A stretch of 62,794 nt of DNA, filler included, from Globobulimina sp. (Eukaryota), in NCBI GenBank assembly GCA_003354225.1. It is 40 parts of 40 records of this genome, joined end to end, with 100 filler letters (N's around TTAATTAATTAA, not from the genome) between each part and the next. Parts side by side here need not be neighbours in the genome. Positions count along the whole stretch, not along the records: positions 59,753 to 61,223 come from PIVH01016156.1; positions 61,324 to 62,794 come from PIVH01016157.1; 38 more parts are not named here. One strand, written 5' to 3'. Below are positions 59,753 through 62,794 of this stretch, piece by piece; the first letter of the stretch is position 1, and each line of letters begins with the position of its first letter. Made by a program: the position numbers and the translations under genes. The notes under the pieces were generated by a model. The model did no database searches. It was not told where the DNA came from and worked only from the letters and a program-made list of their open reading frames with translations.

Positions 59753-60915
59753 TATTTAAAGATTTCATCAATTTAATTGAGCAAATAGTATTCATTAGTT
59801 TTGGCTATTCATATTTTTGGAATTTTTGAGATAAATACACATCAAATATTTATTATACATCATTATCATTTGTATTATTATACCAATTATTTGAGACAAT
59901 AATATCAATTCCATTCAATTATTATTCACATTTCGTCGTCGAAGAGAAACATGGTTTTAATAAGCAAACATTGTGCGTATTTTTCAAAGATTTAATCAAA
60001 CAATTCTTGATATCCTCAGTTATTATCTCCATTTTAGTACCGATTATGATATGGATTATTGACTATTTTGGTGACAATTTTGTTTATTATTTATGGATAT
60101 TTGTGTCATTATTCTTGTTATTGTTAATGTGGTTGGCTCCCAATGTGATAATGCCGTGTTTCTATAAATTCCAGACATTAAATGAAGAGACGCATTGCAA
60201 GACTGATAAAACAAAGGTATGTAACGCTTTTGCTCCATATTATTTGTGCACTTATTTAATGTAACATTGTTCAAACAAAAAGGGCTTAAAATCAGCATTA
60301 GATTCGTTAGCAGCAAACCTATCATTTCCATTGAAGAAAATATTCATAATGGATGGCAGTACGCGGTCCAGTCACAGCAATGCATTTCAATATGGATTTT
60401 GCGGAAATAAACGCATTGTTTTATTCGATACATTATTGGAGCAAATGAGTAAAGAAGAAATCGCATCCATTATGTGCCATGAATTGGGACATTGGAATTA
60501 TTCGCATACACTCAAAGGTTTATTGCTTACGGAAATACAATTATTTGTTATGTTTTTTGTATTTCAAATGATTTATTTGAATGCTGCATTTTATGAATCA
60601 TTCGGTTTTCAAGAGCCAATAATTATTATTGGTTTCTTATTATTTTCCCACTTATTATCACCAATATCATTAATATTAACTTTTGCGCAGAATTATTTAA
60701 CGCGTTCATGGGAATATCAAGCGGATGAGTTTGCTGTTAAATTAAATCATGGAAATGATTTATACAACGCATTGGTTGTATTATTTAAAGAAAATAAATC
60801 AAAATTAGATCCGGACAGTTTGTATGAAGCATATCATCATAATCATCCATCGGCGTTACCGCGTTTAAATGCACTTAAAAAATTACAAAAACAAACCGAA
60901 AATAAAGATAAATAA
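59753..60915 (+). CDS. STE24: CAAX prenyl protease Ste24 (M48); intron about 60217..60282; in-frame TGA at 59827; 5'-partial
   Basis: EEKHGFNKQT, DGSTRSSHSNA, KRIVLFDTL, HELGHW, EYQAD, HP..RL. Confidence 0.93.
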
Positions 60916-61037
60916 AAGCAAATTAATTAGTGACAAGAATGCATATAATTTACTTTTTTCTTGCGTTTGAGCTTGTTACCATTGACATAAACTATAGTTT
61001 TAGCAGTTAAACAATAATAAAAACTTTCCTTTTTTTC

Positions 61038-61223
61038 ATGGCTATGATATCAGTGATAAACAACAATACGAGTAAGCGTTGGAAATGTGCATCATGTACA
61101 TTCAACAACGTATGGCAATCTAGTCAGTGTTCGATGTGCGGTAACCATGACATAAAATGTGCTGAATGCAGTATAAAAATCTGCAAAAATGATTATGATT
61201 CTCATTTACTTGCTCATCAACTA
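61038..61223 (+). CDS. RanBP2/NZF zinc-finger protein, 3'-partial
   Basis: WKCASCTFNN...CSMC followed by CAEC...H...H. Confidence 0.8.
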
Positions 61224-61416
61224 NNNNNNNNNNNNNNNNNNNNNNNNNNNNNNNNNNNNNNNNNNNNTTAATTAATTAANNNNNNNNNNNNNNNNNNNNN
61301 NNNNNNNNNNNNNNNNNNNNNNNACTCTCACTTCCGCCATGTCGACATTGTCTTCGTTTACTTAAAGCAAAGTTTTTTTTTTAGTGTACTTGCAAATGTT
61401 TTTTGTTTGTTTACAG

Positions 61417-62659
61417 TTCAATTTTCCACATCCCAACGGTGGTTGTGAATGAATTTTTGATCCATGGCAATATCGATTGTAAGCCACCAGTGACCGTGGC
61501 GACATGCGAGGTATTGTCAGCAATCTGTGCCGGGTTTATAGAAGGCACTCAGCCGTCTGTCTGTTATGTCACGCCTGCACCGACAATTGCAGTCTGTAAC
61601 GAGTCTGAAAAGGATTGCGGTGGCACCTGTTTTGGAAGTATGTTGTTAGACGCATGCGATGAATGCTTATTAGTGTCCAGTCACGAATGGAATGCCTGTA
61701 TTGGTTGCAATGGGCAAGTCGGTGAAATGTATGATTGTCAAGGAACGTGCGGTGGATATTACTCTGTGAACCCATGCGGATATTGTAAAGACCGACGGCA
61801 ACAAACTTTCGCTACGTTTGGTGTGGATTGTGAAGGTATGTTGGAATTTCAAATCGAAAAAAAAATGTTCCCACCCATTTCCGTGAAAAAATATTTTTTT
61901 GAGTCTAGTGTACTTTAAGTAAAGTTTTTTTTGTCGTCGACATCTTTGCATGGTGACGCTTTTGTGTTTGTTAAGGTGGCTGTGATATGGATTTAAGGGT
62001 AGACGAATGTGGCCAATGTATAACTGAGTCAGATTTGAACTGGGACAGTTGCATTGGGTGTGATAATGTAGCTGATTCTGGCAAAGCATTCAATGAATGC
62101 GGTCGCTGTGTGACTGCCACTGATACAAATTTTGCGAATTATGGGAAAGACTGTAGAGGTATTTGTAGCACCTCGGTGTCGGATACGTATTATGAGGATG
62201 ATTGTGGAATGTGTCTGTTGCCAGCGGATGACTTATGGAACGACTGTTTGCCGGATAACACTGAGGTTTGTGACTGGAAGGAAAACATATTTCCGCCATG
62301 CATTTTGAGCTTGCTTTACTTCCGACTTTTTTGAGTGAAAAGTTTTGAAGTAAAATGAGCTGTGCATCATGTCGCTCAAAGTAAGCTCTGTGTTGTGTTG
62401 TTAGGTGCCAGCTTTGAAGCGGAAGGAGTCAGAGTTAACAACGGTGATTGTGACGGTGTGCATTGTGGCTTTCTTGATCATTGTGGCTGCCGTTATCATT
62501 ATTGGTGCGTTGTGGAAAAAACAAACGTCGATTAATGCGCGATTTGATTCGTTGGCGTCGACATATGTTACGATGGACGAAAATCCGCAACATAGTTTTC
62601 CTATATCTAATAAAGGGATGACTGTGCCTGACGATCCTGAGTCTGTTGAAGATGAATAA
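61417..62659 (+). CDS. Cys-repeat type I membrane protein; introns 61836..61975 and 62266..62404; 5'-partial
   Basis: D.CG.C and WN.CIGC repeats; GT-AG splices join three ORFs; TM VIVTVCIVAFLIIVAAVIIIGALW. Confidence 0.88.
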
Positions 62660-62794
62660 ACATAAAATCATAAATTTTTTATATGACATTGACCCAAAAA
62701 TTTATGTAGTGACTGTATTTTGATCAGTATATCTTTTTTTTTTTTAGTTTTATTTTATTCTCGCGATTAGATTCTGGTTATTTTGTTTTATTTT

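Noticed and set aside
30325..59829. Genome-wide stop-codon reassignment
   Set aside because: TAA, TAG and TGA all terminate conserved genes at expected positions, and long ORFs are otherwise stop-free

Overview
This is not a contiguous locus. It consists of 40 unrelated, length-sorted contigs of 1,471-1,474 bp joined by an artificial 100-nt linker (44 N + TTAATTAATTAA + 44 N), so adjacency across linkers means nothing. Most contigs come from an AT-rich, gene-dense protist with short (about 50-110 nt) GT-AG introns. The gene families (TRAF/RING, Kelch plus PT-repeat stalks, 7TM, TLC, divergent kinase) resemble Foraminifera/Retaria, which is an inference. Mixed in are a phage lysis module, two bacterial contigs (IS630 next to hemW; a Tat-lipoprotein DUF362 gene), one possibly nematode contig, and several probably chimeric contig ends. 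The most notable signals are: a contig that closes on itself as a 1,355-bp single-gene unit encoding a GPI-anchored surface protein (circle or collapsed tandem array); an unannotated tRNA-like element with encoded CCA and a duplicated 3' end; a STAT-type linker-SH2 protein lacking the pTyr tail; a holin plus overlapped two-component spanin cassette; a 406-bp MITE with an 8-bp TSD; recurrent 50-75 bp head-to-head gene spacing; and isolated in-frame stops or frameshifts in otherwise intact genes. No single multi-gene novel system can be demonstrated from these short fragments. All product calls are by motif recognition, not database search.
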